NCBI RefSeq assembly: GCF_009914755.1 | Contig: NC_060925.1 | From: the human T2T-CHM13v2.0 reference genome, Homo sapiens | Strand: one strand, 5' to 3' | Length of the DNA: 64,000 bases | Shown: positions 36,858 to 51,655 of the stretch, piece by piece | Position numbering within the stretch: the first letter of the stretch is position 1 | How the letters are laid out: each line of letters begins with the position of its first letter | Position numbers and translations under genes: made by a program | Notes under the pieces: generated by a model | What the model was told of the DNA's origin: nothing | The model's database searches: none | What the model saw: the letters and a program-made list of their open reading frames with translations, nothing else

Positions 36858-38905
36858 TGATGGCAGCAGTGGCCTGTCTGGAGTAGCCACTGTGAAGATG
36901 CCGGCTTCAGCAGGGGAAGCACAACTGGGGCTGCACACTCTGCTGAGCCCACGGGTGCCGGGAACAGGTGGGAGCCCCACCCCCTAACAAGTCAGTGGAG
37001 CAGGAGCCACATGCTCCCAGGCACAGCTGCAGCTTCTCAGCTGTAGCCACAGACCCAGGCATCCCTGAGGTCTCAGGGGCCCCGGAAGCCCTTTGTTCCC
37101 GTAGGCTTGAAAGTGCCTGCTCCCACTGCCTGGCCTCTCCCTGCTCCTGGCCCCCACTCTGGGGCAGAGCAAAGTTGTGGCAGAGCCCAGGCACTGTTGT
37201 GACCCAGCTGGGTACCCAAGCACTCAGGGCAGTGCTGACATGCCAGCCCCCTGCTGTCTCAGGCCATCCAGACTTTGGGAACTGAAGAGCACAAGAGGGA
37301 GACCAAGGGGTTGCTCAGGGTGGCTCAGTGTGGGCCTGTAGGCAAACCTCAGCATGAACAGCCTGGGCGGCATGGACAACATGTTGATGGTGACAGGAGG
37401 CAGACAGGCTCCTGGGCAGAAAGGGGCAGGTTCCCAGTGAAACGCAACCTTCAAGCCATGGATGGCATGAAGCCTGGGGGCTGGGCTGTCAGCTCCAGGT
37501 GGAGTCTGCGGCCTGGAGTGAGAACTTATGGTGCTTTTTCCAGGCCCGCCCATGGCCACCCATGGGCCAATCAGAACACACTTCTTCCTTTCTGAGCCCA
37601 TAAAAACTATGTTACCTAGCTAGACTCATACAGATGTCAGGACTACCAGCTGCAGGAAGGAGCTACCCACTTCAGGTCTCCTCTACTTGTCAGTATGACC
37701 TGCCTGTGGAAAAGAGCTACTCACTCTGGGTCTCCTTTCTGCTGAGAGTTGAACACTTGTTGGGACAACCTGTCTGTGGAAAGGAGCTACCTACTCTGGG
37801 TTTCCTCTCCCCTGAGAGCTGGACACTCATCTGGACAACCTGCCTGCAGCTAGGAGCTACCTTCTCTGGGTCTCTTCTCTGCTGAGGGCTGCACTCGTCA
37901 GGACTACCTGCCTGCAGAAAGGAGCTATCCACTCCAGGTGTCCTTTCTTCTGAGAGCTGGACACTTGTTGGGATGACCTGCCTGCAGGTAGGAGCTGCCC
38001 ACTCTGGTCTCCTCTCTGCTGAGGGATGCACTCGTCAGGACTAACTGCCTATGGAAAGGAGCTACCCACTCCAGGTCTCCTCTCCCCAGAGAGCTGGACA
38101 CTTGTCAGGATGACCTGCCTGTGAAATGGAGCTACCCAATCTGGGGCTCCTCTCTACTGAGGGCTGAACTAGTTGGGATGACCTGCCTGTGGAAAGGAGC
38201 TACCAACTCCAGGTCTCCCAAGAGCTGTTCTGTCACTCTTTTGCTCAAGAAAGTTCCTTTCTGCCTTGCTCACCCTCCAGTTTTCTGCATACCTCATTCT
38301 TCCTGGACACAGGACAAAAATTCAGGACCTGTTGAATGGTGGGACTGAAAGTGCTATAACACAAACAGAGCTAAAACACCTGCCTCCACCCCACTCGTCA
38401 CACTGCAGGCAATGAGAAGGAGAGAAGAGCTGCAGCCCTTCAGGGAGCTCAGATGCACAGGCTCCCCCAGCCAGGGCTGTGACACCCTCTTTGGGGCTCT
38501 GTGGTTTCTAGTGTCTTGGAGCTTCCAAGTGCCACCATGTTCCCCTTGTCCAGATGTGAGTGCCCAGAGCAGAAGCCACTTATAGTGCATCTGATCCAGC
38601 CACAGGCTTGAACAGAGCCAGCACCTGTGGTGGCACCTGGAACTGCCCACCCCACCACAGCAGCCAATGCTTGGCTGTGTGCAGCAGCCAGACCCCATGC
38701 TTGCTTACTTGTGCACCCCTCTCCTCTCCATGCCTGGATCATTCTTTGAAGGTGTGGGAGCCAGGCCAGTAGCATGAGCTGAGTGCAGCCTGCCAGGCCG
38801 AGTGGGTGGAACAAGCCCAGCAGGCTTGAGCAAAACTCTGGCAAAGGCACCACTGGCCACAGAGGTTTCCAACTGGAAAAGTGACACCTGGAGGATGCCA
38901 TGACA
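36858..38905 (+). mobile_element. MER52-family ERV1 solo LTR
   Basis: tgatggcagcagtggcc...gccatgaca, TG..CA ends, exact 4-bp TSD caag (36854-36857, 38906-38909), CCAAT at 37567 and CATAAAA at 37599. Confidence 0.9.
37635..38230 (+). repeat. Tandem array of 9 units, mostly 67-70 bp, inside MER52
   Basis: Anchor gagct at 37660, 37714, 37784, 37854, 37922, 37992, 38059, 38129, 38197. Confidence 0.92.
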
Positions 38906-38934
38906 CAAGGATTCTGACTGATGGGTATGCAGCC

Positions 38935-39765
38935 CTTGGTACAACACTGAATATAAATGGTAAGAGTGAACGTCCTTGTCTTATTCCTGATCTTAGGTGG
39001 TACTATGGTTTGAATATGATTTGTTTGGCCCTGCCAAGTCTCATGTTGAAATCTGATCCCCAGTGTTAAAGATGGGGCCTGGTAGGAGTGTTTGGGTTGT
39101 GGGGGTGGATCCTTCATGAATAGCTCTGTACCATTCTCACGAGAGTGAGTTCTTACTTTTAGTTCCCACAAGAACTGGTTGTTGAAAAAAGCCTGGTACC
39201 TCCTCTAGTCTCTCTCTTGCTTCCTCTCTCACCATATGATATGCATATACCAGCTCCTCTTCACTTTCTGCCATAAGTGGAATCAGCCTGGAGCCTTCAC
39301 TAGAAGCAGATGCCAATGCCATGATTCTTGTGCAGCCTGCAGAACCGTGAGACAAATGAACCTCTTTTCTTCATGAATTACCCAGCCTCAGGTATGCCTT
39401 TATATTAATAGTAACACAGACTAAGATGGGATAATTTTTTCAAGCCTTTCACCACAAAGTGACATTAGCAGTGTGTTTTCATAGATGCCCTTTATCAGGC
39501 TGAGGAAGTTTCCTTCTATTCCAGGTTTCTTGTTTGTTTTTTTAATCATTAAAGTGTGTTGAATTTTCTCAAGTGCTTTTTCATATCTATGACATGACTG
39601 TTTGGCTTTTGTCCATTATTCTATTAATATGATATATGATAATGTATGCTGAGCCTGTATTCATGGAATAAATTCCACTTTGTCATGGTCCATAAATATT
39701 TTTATATGGAGCTGGAATCATTCTGATAGTCTATATTCATAACAATAGTTTATATTCATAAAGTT
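38935..39765 (-). mobile_element. L1M ORF2 fragment split by an MST LTR
   Basis: tccttgtcttattcctgatcttagg; ccctttatcaggctgaggaagtttccttctattcc. Confidence 0.8.
39001..39428 (+). mobile_element. MSTB-like MaLR solo LTR
   Basis: tactatggtttgaatatg...gaattacccagcctcaggtat...cagactaaga. Confidence 0.85.
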
Positions 39766-39774
39766 ACTGGAAAG

Positions 39775-41550
39775 AATTTGGCTGTTAATCTTATCAAGAA
39801 TACCTCAGAGATGATGAGCTGCTTCTGTCTTTCTGCTTTCAATATACTCTCTGTGCCCTTGGTTTTCCAGTTGGTTATGTTGTGTATAGGTGTGCATCTC
39901 TTTGCATTTATACTACAGTATAACCTTGAACAACATGAGGGGTTGGGGTGCCGACCCCACTAGTCAAACATCCACATATACATACCTGTGAGAAGAGGGT
40001 AGAAAAAAAATCCACATACAACTTTTGACTTCCCAAAAACTTAACTACCAATAGTCTACTATTGGCCAGAATGTTACTGACAACATAAACAGCTGATTAA
40101 CACTTTTTTTAATGTTATAAGTATCATATACTGTATTTTTACCATTAAGCCAGCCAGAGAAAAGAAAATAATAAGGAAAATATATTTACTATTCATTAAG
40201 TGGGTAATCAGAAAGGAATTCATCCCCTCTGTTTTCACATTGAGTAGGCTAAAGAGGAGAAGGAAAAAGAGGGGTTGGTCTTGCCATCTCAGGGATGGCA
40301 GAGGTGAGTAAAAGTTCCATATAAGTGGACCTGAACAGCTCAAACCCATGTTGTTCAAGGGTCAACTATACTTGGAGTCTGTTGAGTTTCTTTGATGTAT
40401 AGATTAATGTTTTTCATCAAACGCTGGCAGTTTTTGGCCATTATTTTGTCAAGCATATTTTTTGCTCCTTTTTCTCTCTTCCGAGACTACCATTATGCAT
40501 AGATTGGCATGCTTGATGGTATCCTATAGATCTGCAAGGTTCTCTTCATCTTTGTTAATCTTTTTTTCTTTCTCTTTCTCAGACCAGATTTTCTCAATTG
40601 GTTTATCTTCAGGTTCACTGATTCTTTTTCAAATATGCTCTTGAAACCCTCTAGTGAATTTTTTTGTTTCAGTACTTTTTGACTCTAGAATTTCTATTTG
40701 GTTGTTTTATTTAAAAAGAAATTATTTAAATGTCTATCTCTTTATTGATATTCTCTCTTAAGTTTTATATCATTTTCATACTTTCCTTTGGTTCTTTATA
40801 CATAGTTTCCTTTAGTTCTTCAAACATTTAATATCGCTGATTTAACAACTTGGCCTTGTAAGTTTAGCATCAAGGCTTTCTGAGGGACAGTTTCTATTAA
40901 CTGCTTTTTTTTTCCCAATATATGGGCCCTACTTTGAGTCTCATAATTTCCTGTTGAAAATAGTCATTTTACATAATATAATGTAACAACTATGGAAATC
41001 AGACTCTCTCCCATCCCAGGGTTTATTAATATTGCTGGTTGTTTATTTGTTTTGTTTGTTGTTGTTGCTGTTTCTTAGTAACTTTCCTGGACTAATTCTA
41101 TAAAGTCTCTATCCTTTTTCAAGTGTGGTCACTGAAGTATCTGCTCAGTTTGCTTAGTCATCAGCTAAGAATTGCAGAAATTTCCTCAAATGTCTAGAAC
41201 AAATAAGTCTCCATAAGTCTCCCAGGCTTTGCTAAGAGTTCCTGTGGGCACATTGTGGCAAACCTTTAACACTCAGGCAGGTAGTTCACATCTCTGCTTT
41301 AGCTGTAAATTCCTCCTTGTGCAGACTCAAGGTCAGTCAGAGGTAAGAGCTTAGGGCCTTCTCAAGTCTTTTCTGACCATGCCCATAGCTCAGGCATGTC
41401 CACAGTCCTATGTATGTGAGTAGCCTTCAGAATTTCCAGGTAAATGTCAAAGCTTTTCAAAGCCTCCATATGGACATCTCATTCCCCAGATTTCAAGTTC
41501 TTCAGTCACATTCTTGTTTGTCCCAAATGTTATTACCACCATAAGCAGCC
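39775..41550 (-). mobile_element. Old L1M ORF1/5' region
   Basis: tttttggccattatttt, gatggtatcctataga, tttatcttcaggttcactgattctt antisense ORF1 motifs. Confidence 0.7.
39916..40368 (-). mobile_element. Tigger2a (MER28)-like MITE
   Basis: TIRs ...ccttgaacaacat / atgttgttcaagggtcaact; TA TSD; host L1 reads through as tacta|cttggag. Confidence 0.9.
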
Positions 41551-41609
41551 TAATATTCATACATACATACATACATGTGTGTATATATATGTGTGTGTGT
41601 GTGTGTGTG

Positions 41610-42359
<750 letters not shown>

Positions 42360-42386
42360 TATATAGTTAGATACATGGACACAGAG

Positions 42387-42421
42387 ACACACACACACAC
42401 ACACACATACACACACACACA
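42387..42421. repeat. (CA)n microsatellite
   Basis: Direct reading. Confidence 0.9.
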
Positions 42422-42823
42422 TAGAACAAAAACTGAGAGACTTTCCAAGGAGGAAAAGGCAATCCTACCAAGCATGGTGGGAAATTTTGTTTATTGTTTT
42501 TTACTGTAAAATAAAACACAGATAAAGAGTAACATATAAATGTGTAGCTTAATGAATTATTAGAAAATGACACCCTTAAAACTATGTCAGAGGAGCATGC
42601 AATTCATTGTGTTTCTCTGAATCCTCTATTTCTTGCAAGTTGACAGCTAAACCCAGAGGTTTGAGCAGACTCAGGGTCATTCACTTTGGCCAAACAATAT
42701 AGTGCTGTGGTCTTTCATTAAGAGGCACATCATGTCTGGTTGTGATGTGAACAATTATTGCTGTTGAATACTTATAGCCATTAATTTACTGGGACTTTCA
42801 AAGTGGTGGTATCCTAATTCTAA

Positions 42824-43139
<316 letters not shown>

Positions 43140-43254
43140 TTCTAATGCTAACACTTCTATTTCGTTAGTTGAAATACTTCAATAAAGTGATGCTTCTCTT
43201 CACCTATTATTTGGTTATCCAATGGTATAGTTCATGTAGTAAAGGCAGGATAAT

Positions 43255-43547
<293 letters not shown>

Positions 43548-43777
43548 TTGGGAAAGGCAGGATAAATTTTTGATCTTTCCCTTTATTGGTTTTCAAGGTA
43601 ACACATTTGTTTCCTATTATTTTCTAATTGTGAGCAATTTTTCTATCATTATGAACTCATGGATTTGATGAGTTTCACTCTATTGTGATTATGATCCTTA
43701 TTGAGGCTAAATTTATCTCATATCTGGAGTGGGAACCACTTCAAGTTTGGGTCTGTGTCCTTTTGATTTAATCCTAG

Positions 43778-46039
43778 TGTATTAATCTGTTTTCATGCTG
43801 CTGATAAAGACATACCTGAGACTGGTCAATTTACAAAATAAAGAGGTTTAATTGGACTTACAGTTCCACATGGCTGGGGAAGCCTCACAATCGTGGTGGA
43901 AAGCAAGGAGGATCAAGTCCTGTCTTATGTGGATGGCAGCAGGCAAACAGAGCTTGTGGAGGGAAATTCCCACTTTTAAAACTATCAGGTCTAGTGAGAC
44001 TCATTCATCATCAAAAGAACAGCGCAGGAAAGACCCACCCCCATAATTCAATCATACCCCACTGGGTCCCTCCCACACGCATGGGAATTATGGGAGCTAC
44101 AAAATGAAATTTGGGTGGGGACACAGAGCCAAACCATATCCTTCTGCCCCTGGCCCCTCCCAAATCTCATATCTTCACATTTCAAAACCAATCATGCCTT
44201 TCCAACAGTCCCCCAAAGTCTCAACTCATTTCAGCATTAATTCAAAAGTCCACAGTCCAAAGTCTCATGTGAGACAAGGCAAGTTTCTTCTGCCTATGAG
44301 CCTGCAAAATCAAAAGCAAGGTAGTTACTTCCTAGATACAATGGGAGTAGAGGCATTGGGTAAATACAGCCATTCCAAATGGGAGAAATTGGACAAAACA
44401 AAGGGGCTACAGGGCCCATGCAAGTCTGAAATCCAGCGGGGCAGTCAAATCTTAAGGCTCTAAAATGATCTCCTTTGACTCCAAGTCTCACATCCAGGTC
44501 AAGCTGATGCAAGAGGTGGGTTCCCATGGTTTTGGGCAGCTCCGCCCCTGTGGCTTTGCAGGGTACAGCCTCACCCAGCCCAGCTTTCATGGGCTGGCAT
44601 TGAGTGTCTGCAGCTTTTCCAGGCACATGGTGCAAGCAATCAGTGGATCTACCATTCTGGGGTCTAGAGGATGGTGGCCCTCTTCTCACAGCTCCACTAG
44701 GCAGTACCCCAGTAGGGACTTTGTGTGGGGGCTCTGACCCCACAGCTTCCTATCACACTGCCCTAGCAGAAGATCTCCATGAGAGCCCCACCCCTGCAGC
44801 AAACTTCTGCCTGGGCATCCAGGCGTTTCCATACAGCTGCTGAAATCTAGGTGGAGGTTGCCAAACTTCAATTCTTGACTTCTGTGTACCTGCAGGCTCA
44901 ACACCATGTGGAAGCTGCCAAGGCTTGGGACTTGCACCATTTGAAGCCACAACCCAAGCCCTACATTGGCCACTTTCAGCCATAGCTGGAGTGGCTGGGA
45001 CACAGGGCACCAAGTCCCTAGGGTGCACACAGCTCGGGGACCCTGGGCCTGGTCCACGAAACCACTTTTTCCTTCTAAGCGCCCAGGCCTACCATGGGAG
45101 GGGCTGCCATGAAGACCTCTGACATGCCCTGCATACATTTTCCCCATTGTTTTGGGGATTAACATTTGTCTCCTCACTACTTATGCAAATTTCTGTAGCT
45201 GGCTTAAATTTCTCCTCAGAAAATGGGATTTTCTTTTCTATGACAGTGTCAGGCTGCAAATTTTTCAGACATTTATGCTGTTTCCCTTTTAAAACTGAAT
45301 GTTTTTAACAGCACCCAAGTCACCTTTTGAATGCTTTGCTGCTTAGAAATTTCTTCCACCAGATACCTAAATCATCTCTCTCAAGTTCAAAGTTCCACAA
45401 GTCTCTAGGACATGGGCAAAATGCCACCAGTCTCTTTGCTAAAACATAACAAGAGTCACCTTTGCTCCAGTTCCCAACAAGTTCCTCATCTCTATCTGAG
45501 ACCACCTCAGCCTGGACCTTATTGTCCATATCACTATCCGCATTTGGGGCAAAGCCATTCAAAAAGTTCCAAACTTTCCCACATTTTCCTGTCTTCTTCT
45601 GAGCCCTCCAAACTGTTCCAATCTCTGCCAGTTACCCAGTTCCAAAGTCGCTTCCACATTTTCAGGTATCTTTTCAGCCATACCCCTCTCTCGGTACCAA
45701 TTTACTGTATTAGTCAGTTTTCATACTGCTGATAAAGACATACCCAAGACTGATCAATTTACAAAATAAAGAGGTTTAATTGGACTTACAGTCCCACGTG
45801 GCTGGGGGAGCCTCACAATCATGGTGGAAGGCAAGGAGAGGCAAGTCCCGTCTCATGTGGATGGCAGCAGGCAAAGAGAGCTTGTGCAGGAAAATTCCCA
45901 TTTTTAAAACCATCAGATCTAGTGAGACTCATTCACTATCACAAGAGCAGTGCAGGAAAGACCCACCCCCAAAATTCAGTCATCTCCCACCGGGGTCCCT
46001 CCCACAACATGTGGGAATTATGGGAGCTACCTACAAGAT
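43778..46039 (-). mobile_element. THE1 (THE1A/B-like) MaLR element: 3' LTR 43778-44141, internal 44142-45705, truncated 5' LTR 45706-46039
   Basis: Two similar LTRs around about 1.56 kb of THE1-int (ORF pieces ELVGNWSKGDSCYVLAKRL, AWMPRQKFAAG). Confidence 0.95.
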
Positions 46040-46653
46040 ACAGGTGTAGGCAAGCCTCTAGGGATAGTTCAATCATGCCAAGCTCAATACCTGTAGTAGC
46101 CAAGATGCCACCACCCCTAGGCCCAAAGAGACAAGGAAAGGGAGGTTATAATTTGAAAAGGAATAATTTTGTAAATTTAGCTATCTTGAGAGGAATAGCC
46201 TTTTGTCAAGAGATACAACCAGGTGATCTTGTAAGAAGAAATCCAGGGGAATAATTACCCTGACCTCAGCTTTATCCCTTTCTCCAAGGTCTTGTTGGGG
46301 ATCCTTCACTTGGATTACTCACTGCAATACCCTCCTAATTGGTGTCTATGCTTCTTCCACCGTTGTATTCCCAACACAGCAGCCAAACTGATCGTGTTAA
46401 AATAGAAGGCAGATGAGGTCACTCATTATTTCAGTATTCTTCAATAGTTTCCATCTCACTCAGAGTAAAAGTCAAAGTCCTTATGACAACCCACAAGACC
46501 CTTCATGATCTGAATCTCCTTTCATTATCATTCCAACCTTACCTTAATATCTATGCCTCCCATATTCGGTTCCTGCCACACCTATGTCAAGTCTGCGCTT
46601 GATATTTCATCCATTGGAATACATTTCCTACAAATCTCTGCTTGGCTCCTTAG

Positions 46654-47050
<397 letters not shown>

Positions 47051-47055
47051 CCTAC

Positions 47056-47417
<362 letters not shown>

Positions 47418-47834
47418 TGATTTATATTTATCTTTTTTTGCAAGGAAAAATAAATAAATTATTTATATTTATCTTATTGCCTGCATCACCAATCAGGATG
47501 CAAACTCCATGAAGAAGGAACTTTTGTCTGATTACTCCTATGCCTCACACAAAGTAAGAAATCAACAATTATTTGTTGGATCAATGAATGAAAGACTACG
47601 ATTTAAGAAGTAATAAGAAGTAATCTCCCCTTGATATCCGTTAAAAATGGCTCATGTATTTTCACCAGTTTGCATAATGTTTTTCTGAGCTGCTTACAGT
47701 TATAAATGCTAGCCTGGGCTTGCTAATTATAATTTAGAACTCTGTCTGTTCCACTAGATGGTGTCTGCTTTTCCTCTATGACATAAATGGGGCTAAATGA
47801 ACTAGAGGCAAAGACCAAAAATATATAGAAGAGG

Positions 47835-47946
47835 GACACAGGTTTGAGCTTTGGAATCAGATAGACCTGGATTTGCATCCCAAATACTCCACTTGAAAGT
47901 GTAGGTGACTCTTTGTGCCTCCACTGTTGCAAAATCAATGTGAAAT
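47835..47946 (+). mobile_element. MIR fragment
   Basis: gagctttggaatcagatagacctggatttgcatccc. Confidence 0.6.
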
Positions 47947-48320
47947 TAAAACCAGCCCAATTTTCCCATAAAACTAAGCTTGAGAAATTTACATTTGTCT
48001 TATCTGAGTTTCTTTCTCAGGAAACCACCATCAGGCCTCCCAGATGGTAGCAGGGAGCTGAGGCTTTCCAGATCACCACACCTGAACAATGAGAGGCACC
48101 TGCTCCTTGTTGACCAACTCCTCTTCCTTGTCCCTCCTGTTTTCCTTCCCTGTTATATAAGCCCATAATTTTAGCCAGTTAAGGAGAGACAGATTTAATT
48201 ATTAGGTTGATGTCATCTGCAATAAAGCTTTCCTTCCTGGGCAATATTCCTTTTCTCAGTGATTGGCTTTCTATATGGAGAGCAATAAGACCTAGGCCAA
48301 ACTCCTGGCATTTGGCAACA
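47947..48320 (+). mobile_element. MER39/MER34-like ERV1 solo LTR
   Basis: taaaaccagcccaatt ... tatataa ... aataaa ... cctggcatttggcaaca; TSD aaat. Confidence 0.75.
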
Positions 48321-48324
48321 AAAT

Positions 48325-48520
48325 AGTGGAAAGAGCACTTTGGCTTAGGAATGTGAGTCTTGGATTCTAATCTAGCTGTGACTTTGGGCAAGTTATTTAA
48401 TTTATTGCACATTCTCAAATTCCTCACCTGTAGAATAAGGATAATATCTCCATTATGGGATTCTTCTAAAAGTGAACAACAAAGCACCTGACACAGAAGG
48501 TAATTGGTAAATGTTAATTT
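48325..48520 (+). mobile_element. MIR
   Basis: gctgtgactttgggcaagttatttaa...tcctcacctgtagaataaggataata. Confidence 0.75.
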
Positions 48521-49179
48521 CTGTCACTAATATAGGGTAGTCATGACTTTTCTATCAAAGATAACTTTGTTCATTGGTAAGAAGACACTCACTCTAGAGG
48601 TATTTTTTCCCATGACTTTTATCCTCCTAAGGAGTCTAGGGTAATTGTGTTTCAATATGACTAATAACCCTATCACTAGACACTAAAACCAGAAGCATAT
48701 TCCTATTAGGAAGATTTTACCCAGAAATATACATTCCTAACAGAATGGAAAGTGATAGCGAGTACTGCCAGCTTACAACATTCCTTTTGCATACACTGTC
48801 TGTTTTCTATTACAGGTGGAATCCATTTTAATGAATACCATTTTAAACATCTGTTTCTACACAGTGAGGCTATTTTTGTGTTCTAACAGATGGGCTACAG
48901 GAACCTTGCTTTGTTGACTTGGCTAAAACAAATTCTAAAAAATGAAAATTCTTTCTTCACAAATACTGTCCCTGCAGAAATAAGTTTTTTAAATAAAAGG
49001 TAATTATCCTTTGTAAATGTGATAACTTAGCCTAGGCTAGTTCCAAGAAAACAGATAAAGGGCTGGGTTGGTGGATGGCAAAGTAGACTAGACAGCCAGA
49101 GAAAATAAAAGATAAAAATGGAGCAAAGCCCTCAAGTAAGGTCTGTTAGAAAGTACTTAAGCCAGAACTCTACTTATAA

Positions 49180-49620
49180 ACATAACCTCTCCTTCCACGG
49201 CCAGCTCACTCATGTTACCTCCTCTACAAAGCCTTTCCAATTCCCTCTACACATATAACTCAGTTCTCTGTCTCCCGTACTTTCAATTGTTTAAATCTGG
49301 GTAGTGGCATTTATCAGTGTTTGTCTTGTACCTTTAAAGGTAATCGTTTTCTGCTCTTTCCCTTTCCCCCACCAAGACTGTGAGCTCAGAGCACTAGGAC
49401 GAAGAATGATTCAACTTCCTATGTCCAATAACTAGCACAGAGCTTAATACTCATGGATGCTTAATAAATGCTCATTGAATTTAACACCTATGAAGAAGTA
49501 TTCCTGTGCTTGAATTGAGCATTCTTACCTAATTTGGGTGCTCCCTGAGACCAAGAACTATGTTTCATTTCCTTGGGATTTGGCACAAAGACTCTTAGTA
49601 CCACATGTTGGTTGAAAAAA
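49180..49620 (+). mobile_element. L2 fragments
   Basis: cctcctctacaaagcctttcc; gactgtgagctc; ctagcacagagctt...ttaataaatgctcattgaat. Confidence 0.55.
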
Positions 49621-49799
49621 ATTAAATTACTATGCCAAAGTTAATATGCAAAGTCAAACTGACCTTTGTTTCACGACTTGGATGCACATATAAATCTACT
49701 ACATGCTGCTGAATTAAATGCTAATAGTAAGTGACTCAACTACAGTGTGTCCTGGGGAAACTCAGCCTAAAGCTCTTCACTGTAGCCACTGCCTAGAAG

Positions 49800-50345
49800 G
49801 AAGGGCAAAGGCGAAATTCTCCAAGACGAAGACTTGACACACCACCGGGTTTGGCGAGCTGCGGAAACAGGTTACCTCAAAAAAACCTGAGTCTGGATCT
49901 GGGACTGTGGCAATTGACTTGAAGGAGACCGCTGGGAGCACAGTGGAGGGCTTGGTCCCCTTCCGTCAAGTTACATCCAACTAAAGCCTGGCGCCAACTT
50001 CAGCTAACCATTCCAAAAGAGGCGACAGCTTCTGACCCCCGAGCCCCAGGCTTCCTGCCTTCAAGTCCCGGCTTTCCAGAGACTCTGGCTTCCAGGCCTG
50101 GCCTGGCTTCGGGCGCGAGGCTCTGGCTTCCAGCCAGTAGCAGAGGCACCGCCCAGTTGCGAAAGCTCTGGGCACGCCCGTCACCTCTAGGCTCATGAGT
50201 TGGCCTGGTTGGTCTTCCCACTCCTCACTCGTCCTCAGTCCTCACTCTCCATTACTGCCACCTAGCAAGCTTCGAACGTACTAGGGGGAAAAATGGCCCC
50301 CGCTCTTTTTGCTCCTATGGGGGTTGGTGGCCTACGTGGAGTCTC
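49800..50345. promoter_or_regulatory. CpG-enriched unique segment, possible weak promoter or first exon
   Basis: About 23 CpGs in about 540 bp by manual count, GC-rich, no repeat recognised. Confidence 0.4.
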
Positions 50346-51199
50346 CTATTTGCAGGTCTGAGTTAGCAACATGGCACCAATTTTCACTCGTTTTCTCTTG
50401 CTCCCATTCCTTGGCATCCACTGGGCTTTGGGGATTTGGAGTCAATGGCATTCCTCTCTCTGATCTAGAGTCACTTGAAGAGTCTGTGCTCTAGTTGACG
50501 CCTGCGGCTTGCAATAAAGGATCCCTTGTACTGATTGTAAGGGAAAGGCTCAAATCTTTTTAAAAGGAGAAAGTGTTAAGTCTAAAACTAAGAAAAGTTG
50601 CCTTATTCTCACCCTTCCAAAATGGTCTTTGGAATAATGACATAATCCTCATTCCCCACTTCCTTATATCTGAACACTTTCTGGAAAGAAACTTATTTCC
50701 CACCACATGCTAATTAAGGTAGAAGTCAGGAGCCTGTCCTTTAGGGATGACCTCATTTTTGCAGGGTAATGGTAATGAAATGTACTAGGGGTAAAAAGTA
50801 ATATCAAGGCTAACTTATTCCAAAATTAAGATTTGCTGAAACTTAACATATGAAACATAAGCACAGAACATGATAAAAGCAACCAATTCAGCCTGAATAT
50901 ATTTTCTGTTAGTATAATCCATCAAATGTTTTTCAAAATGGGATCCATCTTATTCACTGTCAAAAGTGATGTGTGTTCAAAGTTAGTATTTCACTTTTGA
51001 ATTTCTATAGTCCCACCCTCTGAGTTTATGCAACATATGAATATAATTGCCAGCCAATGTAACATGCCTAATGAATTGGAAAAAGAATGTTCAAAACAAG
51101 TTAAAAGGTAGTATAAATATAATGGAGTGTAGGCTGTGTGGACACATGAATCTAAGCTATTTATTCGCTGTGTATCTCTTTAAGCAATTTATTTGTCTT

Positions 51200-51655
51200 A
51201 AATTGGGCTCCTGCACAACTATGGCCCTAAGACAAGAATTAGGATACAGAGAACTTTATTTGGGAAGCATGGTAAGGAAGTGAGACTGGTAAGAGAGGAA
51301 AGCCAATAAAAATTGTGTCAAAAAATAAGGTTTCTACTGAGGGCAACTGGAACTCAATTCTACTGGAGACCCTCTGAAAGACTATATAAAACAGAACTCA
51401 GAATTATTCCACTGAGGGGCAAGAAAACTGAGATATACCAATTCCCTTCTCTCAGTGGTTGAGGGTTACTCCTGGGAATGTAATTCTCTGGTACTTCCCT
51501 TGGCAGCCTTCCCTTGAGCAGCATGCTCTTGCTGCCAGAAAGATAAGTAGTTGAGATTTGAAGCCATTGGCATGAGATGCATGGGAACTCCCATTGAAGC
51601 TGCAGGTGGCCTTAATGGTGGGCAAGAGGATGTGGGCAGGGTATTGATTATGTCC
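51200..51655 (-). mobile_element. LTR16-like ERVL LTR inside a MIR
   Basis: tttatttgggaag...gaaagccaataaa...actgagggcaactggaactcaattctactggagaccctctg. Confidence 0.6.

Noticed and set aside
37635-38230. CRISPR-like array
   Set aside because: Whole units repeat with no unique spacers, inside a primate LTR.
36907-39171. Cluster of 70-240 aa ORFs
   Set aside because: They lie in GC-rich MER52/MST LTR sequence and cross element boundaries.
44104-45732. Overlapping ORFs as genes
   Set aside because: They are THE1 internal-region translations.
48891-49000. Open 110-nt segment between AG and GT (MGYRNLALLTWLKQILK...)
   Set aside because: Modest splice signals, no recognisable homology, and a length expected by chance.
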